Source of the DNA: Lama guanicoe
Taxonomy: Eukaryota
Assembly (NCBI GenBank): GCA_013239625.1
Contig: MU053487.1
Span: 2,191,058-2,255,057 of the forward strand
DNA length: 64,000 nucleotides
Reading direction: 5' to 3'
Under the pieces are notes generated by a model, which saw only the letters and a list, made by a program, of their open reading frames with translations, had not been told where the DNA came from and made no database searches. Positions 49,190 to 61,300 of this stretch are shown piece after piece. The number at the start of each line of letters is the position of its first letter. The first letter of the stretch is position 1. The translations under genes and the position numbers were made by a program.

Positions 49190-50669
49190 CATGTAAGAGA
49201 AATGATTTAATTTTATAAAAATGTGATAATACAGCAAGATTTGATTTTTTTCCTCCCCCCCCACCCCGGTAAGTGAAGTTTATAAAAACACCTAGAATAA
49301 AAATTAGAACCATAGTCTAATAAAAATTAGAAACCTTACATTTCAAAGAGAAAGAGTCATTTAGAAAGACAGTGAAGGGAAAACAATGAGCAGCAAAAGC
49401 AGCAGCAACGTGGGGAGAAGGCTGGTTCTGCTGTGATGACAAAACAGTGATGGACCAGTGCGAGCCTGACCTTTTGCACCAGGCCGAGCTGGGGCATCGG
49501 GGACAGGGAGGGCAGTGACCACAAGAGAGGCAGGAGGGCTTTCTGAAAGGGACATACTGATGGCTCAGTGGAGGCAGCAATGGCGTCCTGCATGTTAGAG
49601 GCCCACAACCCACTCCACTTTCTGAGCCCACCAACCATGGGGCAGTGATTCACAGCCAAATCCCTAAGGACCGGCACCATCAGGCTGGCTTCTCTGTCTA
49701 CCTGTCCCCAGCCTGCAGCTCCACAGGTCATGGTGTCCCCACGGTGAGCTCGGGGTGGGAGGAACTCATCGGAACAGCCAGATAAGCATGGTAAACTTGC
49801 CAGGGAGACCCAAGACAAGCAGACACCAAAGGCTACATACAAAACACTTTCTGAAATATCTGCACCATAGACAAGGCAGAGGACACCACCTTGGAGAGAC
49901 AGGCTGGGTACCCCCGGCAACATCCCCCAGCCTTTCCTTCTAGAAGGAAGGTCCTGAGGCTGGCTGCCAGAAAGACGTTGGGAGGATTCTTGACTACATG
50001 CTGAGGTAGTCTCACTGTGACCTGCACAGGTAGCTGAGAATGGTCTCCAAAAATGCAGGGAGGGCAGGCAGAAGAGCTGCCGCAGAGAGAAAAGGCTAAC
50101 ACATATAACAGAAGGGACGACGCCACCAGTGGGCCCAGAGATGATCAGTGTGGCCTGGGGTCAGGGGTGGCCAGCGGCAGGACCCACAGGGACCCTGGGC
50201 ACACACAGCACTTGGACTACTTGATGATGCAGCGGTGTGAACGGAGATGAGGAGATAGGCGGGTGGCTCGCAGGCCAGGGCAGCGGCAACTTGGAGGTGA
50301 GGGGCGTCCCTGCTATTGACCCATGTCATGGTGAAAACAAGCCGGAGAACCCGGGGGCCTGGGGGGGAGGAGGCCCAAGGTTCCCTCCAGCTGCGCCTCC
50401 TCTCACCTGAGCCTGGTTTAGGGGGAAGTAGCCCTGTTAGACTTGAACTTAGAAAACTCTATAAAGAGGCCCCTGCTCTGAGGGAGTAGTCAGACCCTAA
50501 GCCACCAGTGAGAGAGAAGTAACAAGAAGAGAGAGCAAAGGCATTGTTAGACACCCCACCTCCACTTTTTTATGCTAATATACATGCTTTTCCTCTTCTG
50601 CCCCAGATGCGGAATTCTAAGTCAGGATGGAATGTTCTGAAGGTTTAGGAAGCAGCAGCTGTGTGGATG
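49190..50669 (-). other. TRANK1: TRANK1 3'UTR (3' end approximate)
   Basis: Sequence between the stop codon and the candidate polyadenylation signal. Confidence 0.65.
49206..49211 (-). terminator. Candidate TRANK1 polyadenylation signal ATTAAA
   Basis: Minus strand reads ATTAAA, then tcatttctcttaca, then GU-rich tgtggctgtccatttgttt. Confidence 0.6.
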
Positions 50670-50770
50670 TTAGTATTTTCTCTGCTTCGCACATTTCTGA
50701 AAACGCCTCCTAGGTTGGAGCTCATCAAAGTCCTCAGCTTCATTTTCATAATCCTCTTCCTGAACGATAC
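50670..50770 (-). CDS. TRANK1: TRANK1 last coding exon (GIVQEEDYENEAEDFDELQPRRRFQKCAKQRKY*)
   Basis: Acceptor tttttaaacag|GT, TAA stop at 50670-50672, phase consistent with the previous exon. Confidence 0.93.
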
Positions 50771-50861
50771 CTGTTTAAAAAGTAAGAAACAGATACAGTG
50801 CAGAATAATGATTCTTTTTTTCACTCCACTGCAAAATATAACATCCTAGTAAAACCTAATG

Positions 50862-51197
50862 TCTCTGTAATCGTTATTTTAAAGAAAAAAAAAAAAGCCA
50901 GAGCCAAAGTAAACACCCTTCTCTGGAATGTTCTTTTATAGGCTAGTTCCTCTGGCCTTATTTTAAAGACCCTTTATATGAAAAAGAAGCCAAACAAAAC
51001 CTAAACTCGACTGCAGCCTTGAGTTGTGAATCTCTGTAATCGTTATTTTAAAGAAAAAAAAAAAGCCAGAGCCAAAGTAAACACCCTTCTCTGGAATGTT
51101 CTTTTATAGGCTAGTTCCTCTGGCCTTATTTTAGAGGCCCTTTATATGAAAAAGAAGCCAAACAAAACCTAAACTCGACTGCAGCCTTGAGTTGTGA
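50862..51197. repeat. Head-to-tail duplication of ~168 bp in the last TRANK1 intron
   Basis: Copies at 50862-51029 and 51031-51197 differ by two substitutions and one A in a homopolymer run. Confidence 0.97.
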
Positions 51198-52017
51198 TAC
51201 CAGCTGTCTTCTTTATGAAACAATCACAAAAACCACAGTGCCACCAGGGGCTATATTTTAAAGATTTTTTTGTCTTTCACTGGCACAGACATTTGTGTTG
51301 TCCAAGTCTCCTCCAGCTCCAGGGTCTGGATTTTCCAGTAGCATCTGGATTACAAGGACTCACACAATAGCATTCAGGGCAGGTGAAATATTTGGAGGAA
51401 GAAGAAATAAGGTCCCACCAAGAAAGGGCAGCCATTGGGCTGAGCAGGAGGGAAGACTCTAGGCCGCAGAGAACTTGGCAAGATAAGTCTGACTGTCAAG
51501 AAAGAAACCCAACTCACTCTACACTAGCCTTCAACCCTCGTAGGAAGACACATGCATGTTTCCCCAATGATTTTGTCTGTTTTGTTCACAAATTTGTTTT
51601 CTATCCCCAAGCCCAGAACAGTGCTGATACATTCCAGACACTCAATAAATACTGACTTACATGAGTGGTTTGCACAGGCAAACATTTATCAAGGGATGGC
51701 TTGGAGACACTTTGTCCATCCTGGGAATCACCATATGGAGCAGGAAGTTCTACTGTATGGAACTTCATTAGCAGCTCATGAGTGGCAAAAATTTTTGAGA
51801 AAGCAGCTGGCATGAGCCCCAAATAACCCTCACAGTCAGATGGGGAACTCAGACACTAGGTTGTCAATAATCTGACTCACCCAGGGGCCATGCTCCTAGA
51901 TGGTGGTGAGTGACCACTGCTCACGTCGTAGGCAGCGCCCCTCACACTGACCTGGGACCCAGCAAAACCAAGAACCATGAGACCCAGAGCACCGCCCTGG
52001 GATGAAGGGCTCCTCAC

Positions 52018-52116
52018 CTTCCTCCTTCAAGTGCAGCTCTGTTTTCCGCAGCCACTCCCGCGCATCACTGACGGACGGGATCAGGATGTTGACCAGCCGT
52101 GCCATGACCTCCTCCG
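52018..52116 (-). CDS. TRANK1: TRANK1 penultimate coding exon (AEEVMARLVNILIPSVSDAREWLRKTELHLKEE)
   Basis: Acceptor ggttccctag|CG, donor GAAG|gtgagg. 99 bp, phase 1 to phase 1. Confidence 0.93.
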
Positions 52117-52361
52117 CTAGGGAACCAAAGAACCAGGGTCCTGAGTGAGGGGGTCACTGCAGGGACCAGGAAACTCAGTACTAGAGCCAAAACCTTGTCT
52201 CCCAAGAGCATGTCTCTGTCTCCCCGGAGGAGAAGCATCTGCCGCCATGAGCAGAAACTACCATCAGAGCCAGCTTGACACGGTCCTGTGTGTCTGTAGA
52301 GACCGCCAATGGCAAGTCTTTCAAGGGAGCTTTTGTTCAAAATGTCATTTAAAAAAAAACT

Positions 52362-52490
52362 GGAGGGGGAGGGTATAGCTCAGTGGTAGAGTGCATGCTT
52401 AGCATGCACGAGGTCTTAGGTTCAACCCCCAGTACCTCCGTTAAATAAACCTAATTACTTCCCCCCAAAAGAAAAAGCAAACAAAAAAAG
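52362..52490 (+). mobile_element. tRNA-Ala-derived SINE (Vic-1-like), long form
   Basis: gggggagggtatagctcagtggtagagtgcatgcttagcatgcacgagg...cagtacctccg plus taaacctaattacttcccccc. Confidence 0.9.
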
Positions 52491-53682
52491 TGATACCAAC
52501 TAACATGTACTAAAACAAAACAAAACAAACAAAAAAATGAAGTGTCTGAAGTATAGAATGATTTAAAAATGCACAACTTCACTAATTTTACACATAACTT
52601 CCACCCAGTGTTGCTAAGGCATGGCTAATGAGGAAGTAATGACAGCCTTACTGACTCCGGCTGATGAACAAGGGAAAGCAAGTGCCAAGCTGTTAAAAAA
52701 CAGGTTGTTTCTCTTATCCTGCAGCTGGCTTCTTGGTTCCAAGGACACAGTCCAACACCAGGACATTTTATGTTCCACCACTGCTGCTTCAATCCCAAGG
52801 ACATACCCCAGTATCTCTTTGTTCTCTTTTATCCCCCACCAAAGTTTCTGTTTTAGGGCTGAGTTCTACCGGAGGAAAGAGCCAGTAATAGAAGATGACT
52901 GGCACCACTGGAATGAAGGTAAGATGGCAGAGCCTTCCAATAAAAGACCCTGCCGCCCGATCAGGGGCTGGAGCTGTCTGGACCAGCTGATGGCTCCCCT
53001 CTCTAAGGTTTTCTTTTTTTACTTCTCTCTCTAAGCAATAAAGCAGCTCTCTCTCTTCTATTTATTTATTTATTTACTTTCACTTTGTCCCTCTACTTCC
53101 ACTCAGAATTCTTTCTCTATTGGCAGGCAAGGACCCACAGGTTTGGGGCAGACTTGCCCACCCATTTGGCGGACTTTCTAGTTGGGGTACTTTCTAAGGA
53201 AATCTGATTCAAAGCCTACATAAGAATTCTTAAAGGCTCCCACTGGGTGTGGCATAAGAGCCCTCCTAAAAGGAAGAGACTAGCGACCCACACCTCTAGA
53301 TCTCAGTCAAGGGCTCAGCACATAGTAGGTGCTCAAGAAATGATCACTGACTAAATGAATGGGGGAAACTTACAGAGTTTCCTCAAGACTCAAAACACTC
53401 TCCCCAAATCCATTCCATAGAGTTGGGGAGTAAATTCTTGCCTGTCGCTCCAGAGGAAACTATCCTGGCCCAAGACAATCACACCCTGTTAATTGGGGGA
53501 GGGTGGTCCAAACCACGGGGCTTTGCTACAGTTGGAAATACACTGTCTCACTTGTATTTCTGCCAATGCCAAGATTCCACCATCCCCAGGTCAGACCTGG
53601 AGCACAAAGGACTCGACTGGGACCTGCGTTCTCAAAGCCCGGGTTGTAAGACCGTCTGGGCCCCACTTCCGAGGACCCTCAC

Positions 53683-56600
53683 CGTCAGCCCAGGCCTTCC
53701 TCCTGTAGAGATCCTCCACCGCATCCGAAACCCTCTTGATGTTCTCCTGGACCTTTCCCTGCAGCATGTGGCTCTGCTCTTTGGAGCCCAGGTGGCTGCG
53801 GACCCACACGCTCTGCTCGATGTCCTGCACCACCAGCTTGCCTTTCTCAATAGCCGGGTCCACCCTCTCGCGGAAAAATTTCCAGTACTTCTGGTAGGCC
53901 ACTTGCTGCTTGTGGTGGCCTTTCAGGCGGATGTGCTGCTCGTAAGACTCACTGTTCCTCTCCCGACCTTCCTCGTCGTTCAGCTCAGCCCCGGAAAGGG
54001 CCACAGCCCCAGAAGCCGCTCCCTGAATTGCCTGATCCGGGCCAAAGTAGTTCCCTGGACTGAAATAGTTCTCGGGACCTCGGATGAACTTCACTCCGCA
54101 GAGGTCGCACTGGGTCCGGTCCACGTCGGCCTTTTTGAAGTTCCGGGCCACCGGCTCCCCGCTCTCCTCCTGGAAGCGCTCGGTCTGCGCCCCCGCCCTC
54201 CTCCTCCAGCTGATGCACAAGGACACCACCAGGCATGCCCTCCTCAGCTTCCGCTGGATGGAAGCCTTCCGCTGCTTCTGCGAGAGGATGGCGGCCAGGA
54301 GGTGGTGGTCCCGGTCCTCAGAGGCCAGCTCCTCCGTCTCGTCCTGACCGAACTCACCCTCTGGCTCGGCAAAGTAGCCCACGGGGTCCACGGAGAGTAG
54401 GCGGTTCAGTCTGACCTCCTCGTGGTAGAGGCCGCACACCCCGGCCCCTTTGGGGTGCCCGCTGTCCCATCGCCAGTGGCAGTCCATCAGGTACTCTTCG
54501 TCCCGCTCAAAGAGCAAGTCCTGCAGCGCCTCTGCCACGGACTTGACGTTGCCTGCCATCAGCACGCGCTTCACCACTCTGAGGAGTCTCTCAGGGACCC
54601 GGTCCGGGCAGTCCGTGCTCATCAGCTGCAGGCTCGCCTCGATCTTCTGGAAGTGGTGGGACAGGAGAGACTTGCAGGACGGCTGCAGAAACTCCTCCGC
54701 ATTCAGCAGCATCACCAGGCACAGCACCAGGGTCCGCTCCGCCTCCCCGGAGACCACATAGTCTATTTCACTGAAGGCATCAAGCAGGACGTTGAAGTTC
54801 GCGTTCTCCCAGCCACACAGCACCTTGACGAGGTAGGACAGGTGTAACTGGAAAGCCTGAATGGCTCTGGTCACGTCCTTCGGTCTGTACTCCTGAATGA
54901 TGGCGAACACGTCCCCGGGCTCCCTCTTGCTGAACAGGAACTCCCAGTAGTGCAAGAGCGCGATGTAGCTCTTGGGGAGGCACAGGATGGCCTTCTTCCA
55001 AAGACGGGCCAGGACTGCCCCGCAGTGGACGAACTGGAGCTCCAGCAGGGCCACTGTGTTCCCGATGCTGGGGATGAGCGGTTCCTTACACCTCTTAACA
55101 AGGACGTTCATGAAACGGAAAAAGCGCCTCTTGTAGCCTTCGGGGTTCCTGTGCACGTACAACTGCTGGATGGAATCCTCCAGCAGCCGGATGAAGCACA
55201 AATGGGTCTTCTCTGCACTCTCAGCATCCTTGTTGGGCGCCAGCATGCCGAACTTCCCTTCTATTCCTTTCATCCTGCTGCCCCTCCCGCTTCCCCTTTC
55301 CTCTTTGTCAGCCTGGAGGGCTTTGAGTTCCCTGTTGTAATTGTCCTCCTCCCGGTGGAGCAGCTTTTCAAGCTCCTCAGGATAGCTGGCAGAGAGGAGG
55401 AAAGCCTGCATGGCGCTCAGCCACAGGTCCGTGGACTCCCGGCGGCTCCGGGGCCGTTCGTTTTGAAACACGAAATGGACGTACTCTTTCAGGGCAGACT
55501 TGTAGGCGCGGAAGGACTTGTAATGTGGCTTGAGGACTTCTCTGCACGCCATGGGGTTTTCTGACAACACTCTTTGATGGAAATGCTTGGGGAAGAGGAC
55601 ATTCAGGAAGGATTTGCAAAAGCCATACTTATCCTTAGACAAAATACGATCGATTTCTTCAAGTTCTTCAGCTAAGCTTTTGGGGAATACTTTTTTGGCT
55701 TCCAAAAGCAGTCCGTTGATCGCCACTAGGTGTATCTTTGTCTGAACCACGCACTTGGCCTCACAGCGTCGCAGAGGCCTGTGGAAATCTTCACAGCCTT
55801 CATCCTCACACTTTAAGCCAACGATAAACCTCCTGCAGACGCTCGGGTAGGTCTTCCCAAGGAGGCTCCGTGTGATTTGACACAGCCTGCTCAAAAGGTG
55901 TTTGTTGATGGCTAATTTCACCTGGTCCGTCATAATCAAGAAATGCTCTTTCGCTTTCTTCTCTCTCAAGTTCACATCCAGGTCGAAAATTATTCTTAAT
56001 ATGGGTCCAGGGTCGTTCTGAGCTATCTGGCAATACTTGGCATCCACCTGGGAAATCCCAAAAAACTCAAAGCAAGACTTGACCATTTCCTTCTCTGCAT
56101 TGTTGGTCACGCTTTTGAGGGCCCTGACCAGATTGAGGAGGACTTCCAAGCCCCCTGGAGCCAGGGCCAGGACACTGTCAGAGTCAGCCTCACACTGGCT
56201 GGCGGCTTCGGAAAGGGCCTCCACTGCTCCTGCGGAGTGGTTGAGCTTGTCAAACCTCAGGAAGGCGTCCTTGAGCTTCTGAAAGTCTCTCAGGATCACC
56301 CCCTGCAAGAAGTGAGCCTCCGCGATGCCGGATGCCTGATTAGTCTGATGGCAGAGCTCAAGGGCTTCTCTAAGGATGGCCTTGGTCTGGTCCACATCCA
56401 AATCCCTGGCCACGTTGAGGCGGGCGGCCGCCAGCAGACACGAGGCCTGGAAGTCCTTGTCGGCGGTGAGCCTGGCCGCCTCTAAGAGGCAGCCGTGTTG
56501 CTTCATCAGGAGGGCGGCCTCTTCTCTTCGACCTTCCCTGTTCAGGAGGTCTGCAGCTTCCGCCAGCCGCTTCCGAGACTTGAGGAACACCAGCTGGCCC

Positions 56601-56747
56601 TCTGTGTCCAGCTTCGAGAGCACAGCCATCATCTCCTTTATCTTATTTGCACTCAAGTACTTGGCTGCAGCTTCCAGGTAAAACTGACTGGCCGAGTAGG
56701 AGAGCTTGGAGATGGGAAAGGTCTTGGTCCTTAGCATTTCTTCATAC
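53683..56747 (-). CDS. TRANK1: TRANK1 (TPR and ankyrin repeat-containing protein 1), 3065-bp coding exon
   Basis: Uninterrupted ORF of more than 1000 codons matching my recollection of the TRANK1 C-terminal region. Acceptor tcattgcag|GTATGAA, donor GACG|gtgagg. 3065 = 1 + 1021 codons + 1. DCLK3-TRANK1 adjacency matches known mammalian synteny. Confidence 0.96.
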
Positions 56748-57444
56748 CTGCAATGACAGGCAACACCAGTGTCAACTCACTATCACCCAATGGGTAATTG
56801 ACAAAACAGAGCATAGAGCAACTATGAAATGCCCACATGTCAATGTGAACCTCAAAATAGGACCTAAAGTTATCTAGCATCTTTAGAAAGGCTTCATTTT
56901 ACACTGATACAATTCTTTATTCTCACAGGAACAAGGCATTTGTATGTCTAACTAATGAAGCAGAGTAGAGTTGGAATCTAAGCAAGTGACAGTTAAGTTT
57001 GAAAGTCAGTCTGTAGGGCAAAAATTATGCAGAGCAAAATTATCCTTAGGAAAAAAAATTCCTTAAATTTCGTAACAGCATGCTACTGGTTTTGGATATA
57101 CAACCCTGTTCCATTTGATATGTGGTTATTGAGAAAAGGGAGACGGGGGCTTGTACACACATCAGTCTTTTATTGTCCAACCTGTGACTTTTCTCTTTTG
57201 CCAGGCATGTGTGGGGTTACATACACACCCTTTATCTTCTTCTGCCCCTTTTCCTCATGACAGTATCAAAGCTTTCAAGGAATTCCTGACCCATCCCCAA
57301 GGCTACCACTCAAGTGCAAGGAGAGTGACATTGTCAAGTCACTTTAGAAGAATAGGGTACCACCACCCAAGGCAGGCTGTCCCCAAGGAGCAACAGGAGG
57401 GTGGGGTAGGGGCAGGTGGGGGAGGAAGAGAAGAAAACACCTAC

Positions 57445-57590
57445 TTTTCCACAGCCATAGCAGCTTCTTCAAATAGCTCCTCTTGGCAGTACATTTTGAG
57501 GGCTAGATCAAATTCCTGAATCTGCTCAAAGCACCTGAAAGCATCTTCGTAGCACTGGCTTCGCTTATAGAAATAGGCGGCATCTCTTAT
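57445..57590 (-). CDS. TRANK1: TRANK1 coding exon (IRDAAYFYKRSQCYEDAFRCFEQIQEFDLALKMYCQEELFEEAAMAVEK), TPR-like helices
   Basis: Acceptor tctgtcctag|ATA, donor GAAAA|gtaggt. 146 bp = 48 codons + 2, completed by the first G of the next exon. Absent from the ORF track. Confidence 0.93.
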
Positions 57591-57754
57591 CTAGGACAGA
57601 GTAAAATTTTACTCTTAGAATATTCATAACATAATCTTAAAAGTAAACTGATACTATGAATAATAAAGAGGATGGTTGTGTATCTGCTATGTGTTAGAAT
57701 CCAGTGAAAAACACTAAAACATAGGGAATATTAGGAAAACTAATTCTTTACAAG

Positions 57755-57938
57755 AAAAAAATTAAGTGAAATCCCAACCTCACACCATACACAAATGTAA
57801 GCTCCAGATGGGTTAAAGATCTAAATGTGAAAGCTACTGGAGAAGAACGTAAGAGAGTATCTTTGCAACCTTGAGGTAAAGAAAGTCTTCAACAAAACCC
57901 AAGACACACAAACTTCAGGGGAGAAACATGGATTTGAT
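57755..57938 (+). mobile_element. Old L1 ORF2 fragment
   Basis: cctcacaccatacacaaat...ccagatgggttaaagatctaaatgtgaaa. Confidence 0.65.
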
Positions 57939-57940
57939 TA

Positions 57941-58156
57941 CAGCTGACCCTTGAACAACATGGGTTTGAGCTGCATGGGCCCACTTATATGTGGGTTTTT
58001 AAAAAATAGTAAATACTACATCACTACATGATCTGCAGTTGGTTGAACTCGTGATGTGGAACCAAGGATACAGAGGAACCTCAGATATGGAGGACCAGTG
58101 CTCACAGGCTAGGGGGTCTACCTATATGTTGAATATTGAATTTCCTAAGTCAACTG
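57941..58156 (+). mobile_element. Tigger2-derived MITE
   Basis: TA|cagctgacccttgaacaacatgggtttgagctgcatgggcccacttata...gtcaactg. Confidence 0.72.
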
Positions 58157-59618
58157 GCTACCTGAGGTCCAGAGAGAAAACAGAATGAAAATGAAACAAA
58201 AACAAAGTACCTGGGCCAGGCCCTCTAATAAATCTTAGCTGGGTTTTATTTAATGAGACAAGCTACACAAAATGCCAAAATACGAAAAAGATTGGAGTAT
58301 GGTTATTCTACATCCAGAGACCTCACGGACCAGGGAGCTAGCTACCAGCTGCATCCTGCCACGTCAATCAAACCCATAACCAGAACATCTCGCCACCATG
58401 TCTCTTTTCCTCTCCTTGACAGTGCTGACCACGCAGAAGAAAACCCCTGTGTGAACACAGGCCCTATCAGGTGCGAGTGTGTACCCAACTGGACCAAGAG
58501 AGGAGAGGGCTGGCTCCAAGCAGTCCCCCTGCTTAGGTCACTTGGCTCCTGCCACCTGGAGGAAGAGTCCTGAGATGTTTCCAGGAAACCGTGATGCTCT
58601 TTGGAGAGGCAGCAAGCAGGCAAGGTGGAGGAACCCCTGGAAAAAAGCTTAGGCTCCTCACAAACACTTCTCCTAGGGGGTTAGCACCTGTTTGGGGGCT
58701 GGAAACAGGCAGACGGTTTGGCCTAAGGATTTTGCAAAGTCCGGTCTGTTTGAATGATGCTGGTTAGATTGGTGAGATGACCACAAGAGGTCTGAAGCTG
58801 GCCGAAAGTTGAATACTCTTCAAGGAAGGGCCTGAGCAGAGAAAGGGACCAGACTCTTCCCCAGGGGGGCTCAGAGCTGCTAGAATGTGTTGTGAAAGAA
58901 GACAGAAGGAGATATCCCCGGTAGTCAACCCTGGGGAAGTGGAGGCAGGCGGGAAGGCTATGTCTCCGGGACCACGGCAGCCTCCACATTCTGAAGGCAC
59001 CGAGGTCATGGAGACGGGCATGGGGGCCAGATGCAAGCCTCCTGGGCCCTACTCTGCTCTCAGAGGCAGAGCTCAGCAGGCGGTGGGAGGCAAGGTGAGC
59101 AGACAACAAAGGGGTCTCTGGCTCAGTCAGGATGGGCACTAGCAGGCAAACGGGACAAGGAACAGTGGCAAATTCAGGTCTGTCCCCTGTTGCTTAGGGC
59201 CCAAGGGGGTGCCTTGGAGATTGGAGGGCGGAGGACAAAGGAATGTGGAGTTTGGAAACCACTCTAGTTCTGGGACTCTTAGGACCCAAACGTCCACCCA
59301 CACTGAAATCTCCATTCTACCCCCTCCTCTCATATCCTGATTAGTCACATCTCTCAGTAAACATGGGGTGGGGCAGGCAGCATGGGGAGGGCCTTAGCTC
59401 CTCTAACACTGACCTGGAGCCCAATGCCCAGGGTGCTGTGAGGGTCCAGGAGTTACTCCTCTCTCCCTACTGGATGGTCCTAAAGCCTGACCCACGGGGA
59501 AATGCAGCAGCTGCAGCTGGGCACCCTAGAGCACAGCCGTCACACACCCTGTGGTGAGGGCCAGAAGCTGCCTGTCCAACCCACAACCACTGATACAGTA
59601 AAAATGAACTGCTTCCCA

Positions 59619-60194
59619 TTATTCACAACTGCCAAGACACGGAAGCAAGTGAAGTGTCCATCAATAGATGAATGGATAAAGAAGATATGGTATATATACA
59701 TATATACACATGTATATATACACATATACACAGTGGAATATTACTTAGCCATAAAAAGAAGGAAATTTTGCCATTTGCAGCAACATGGATGGACTTGGAG
59801 GGTATCGTGCTAAGTGAAGTAAGTCAGACAGAGAAAGACAAGTACTGTAAGTATCACTTATATGTGGAATCTGAAAAATAGAACAAACTAGTGAATATAA
59901 CAAAAAAGTAGACTCACAGATACAGAGAACAACTAGTTAGTGGCTACCACTGGGGAGAGGGGAGGGGGAGGGGCAAGATAGAGGTGGAGGATTAAGAGGT
60001 ACAAACTATCATGTATAAAATAAGCTACGAGGATATATTGTATAGCATGGGGAATACAGCCAATATTTTATAATAACTAAAAATGGAGTACAACCTTTAA
60101 AGATTGTGACTCACCGTATTGTATATCTGTAACATATGATATTACTGTGTATCAACTATATTTCAGTAGAAAATTGTTTTTAATTAAAATTTTA
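59619..60194 (+). mobile_element. L1 3' end
   Basis: ORF2 end (tgtccatcaatagatgaatggataaagaagatatgg) and 3'UTR with a G-tract. Degenerate TSD at 59601-59618 / 60195-60212. Confidence 0.88.
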
Positions 60195-60212
60195 AAAATG
60201 AATGGCTTTCCA

Positions 60213-60790
60213 TACAGCATGGTGACTATAGTTAATAATACTGTATTGTATATCTGAAAGTTACTAACAGTGTAGATCTTTTTAAAATTTTATTTATTTT
60301 AATTTTATTATTCTTTATTGACGTATAGTTCCCTTGCGATACTATATTAGTTTCAGGTGTACAACATAGTAATTTGATTTTTTTTTATAGATTACACACC
60401 ATCAAAGTTATTATAAAATATTGGCTGTATTCCCTGTGTTGTACATTACAGCTTGTAACTTACTTATTTTATATTTAGTAGTTTGTACTTCTTAATCCCC
60501 TTCATCTATTTTGCCCCGACCCCCTCCCACTCTCCTCTGGTAACCACAGTTTGTTCTCTGTACCTGTGAGTCTGTTTCAGTTTTGTTATATTTGCTGGTT
60601 TGTTTTATTTTTTATATTCTGCATATAAAGGAAAGTGATCTTAAATATAACTATGGGTGGTGATAGTCATCAACTAAGCTTACTGCCATGATCATTTTGC
60701 AATAGATGCATATATTGAATCATTATGTTGCACAGTTAAAACCAATATAATGTTATACATCAATTATATCTCAATTAAAAAAAAAGAAGA
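60213..60790 (+). mobile_element. L1MA-like 3' end, interrupted by a minus-strand L1 3' end (~60280-60630)
   Basis: tacagcatggtgactatagttaataatactgtattg...[tttcaggtgtacaacatagt...gtaaccacagtttgttctctgt]...tataatgttatacatcaattatatctcaattaaaa. Confidence 0.8.
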
Positions 60791-60954
60791 AGAAAAACAA
60801 ATCACTAAGAAAATTGTCACCACTGATGTCACAGCAATGAACGGCTTACTTTCCTCCTCAGTGTTAATCTCGCTGCAGGTAATAACTGTTTGTGGCCGGA
60901 GCCAGCCTGCTGACTGCACTGTGAGTCGCTGGGCTCTGGACCAGCAGCTCCGTC

Positions 60955-61121
60955 CACCAGCATGTCCACCATGATGGAAATGTTCTATTCCATAGAGCAT
61001 TTGAGACGTGGCTCGTGAGACAGAGGTACTGAATTTTTAACTTTATTACATTTTAATTAACTTAAAAATGTTTAATTAAGTAGCCACACATGGTTAGTGG
61101 CTGCCAGATTGGTCGGTGCGG
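60955..61121 (+). mobile_element. MER3-like hAT-Charlie MITE
   Basis: atgatggaaatgttctat...ctgaatttttaa...tagccacacatggttagtggctgcc. Confidence 0.75.
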
Positions 61122-61300
61122 ATCTAGGGTAACTGCTGGGAACACAGAGAAACCACCATGTAAATGCCAGACTGTCCCCCCAGGCTGACTCTAGACTGAA
61201 CACAGAGAAAGAGAAGGCAGGGATATCTAAAATCCATCTTCCCTTTGATGTGAACATTTGGCCTCCCTGTAGTTAATATTGGGTCTCAAATATTGACCCA

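Noticed and set aside
52369..52440. tRNA-Ala gene calls for this and the other six tRNA-like sequences
   Set aside because: A-rich tails, TSDs in several copies, CpG decay and high local copy number identify them as SINEs.
52930..53180. Possible LTR R-U5 fragment (AATAAA, gaattctttc...ggcaaggacc)
   Set aside because: No clear termini or family assignment by eye, so it is not listed as a feature.
53423..55564. Plus-strand ORFs of 141-325 aa opposite the large TRANK1 exon
   Set aside because: Antisense shadows caused by codon bias of the real minus-strand exon.
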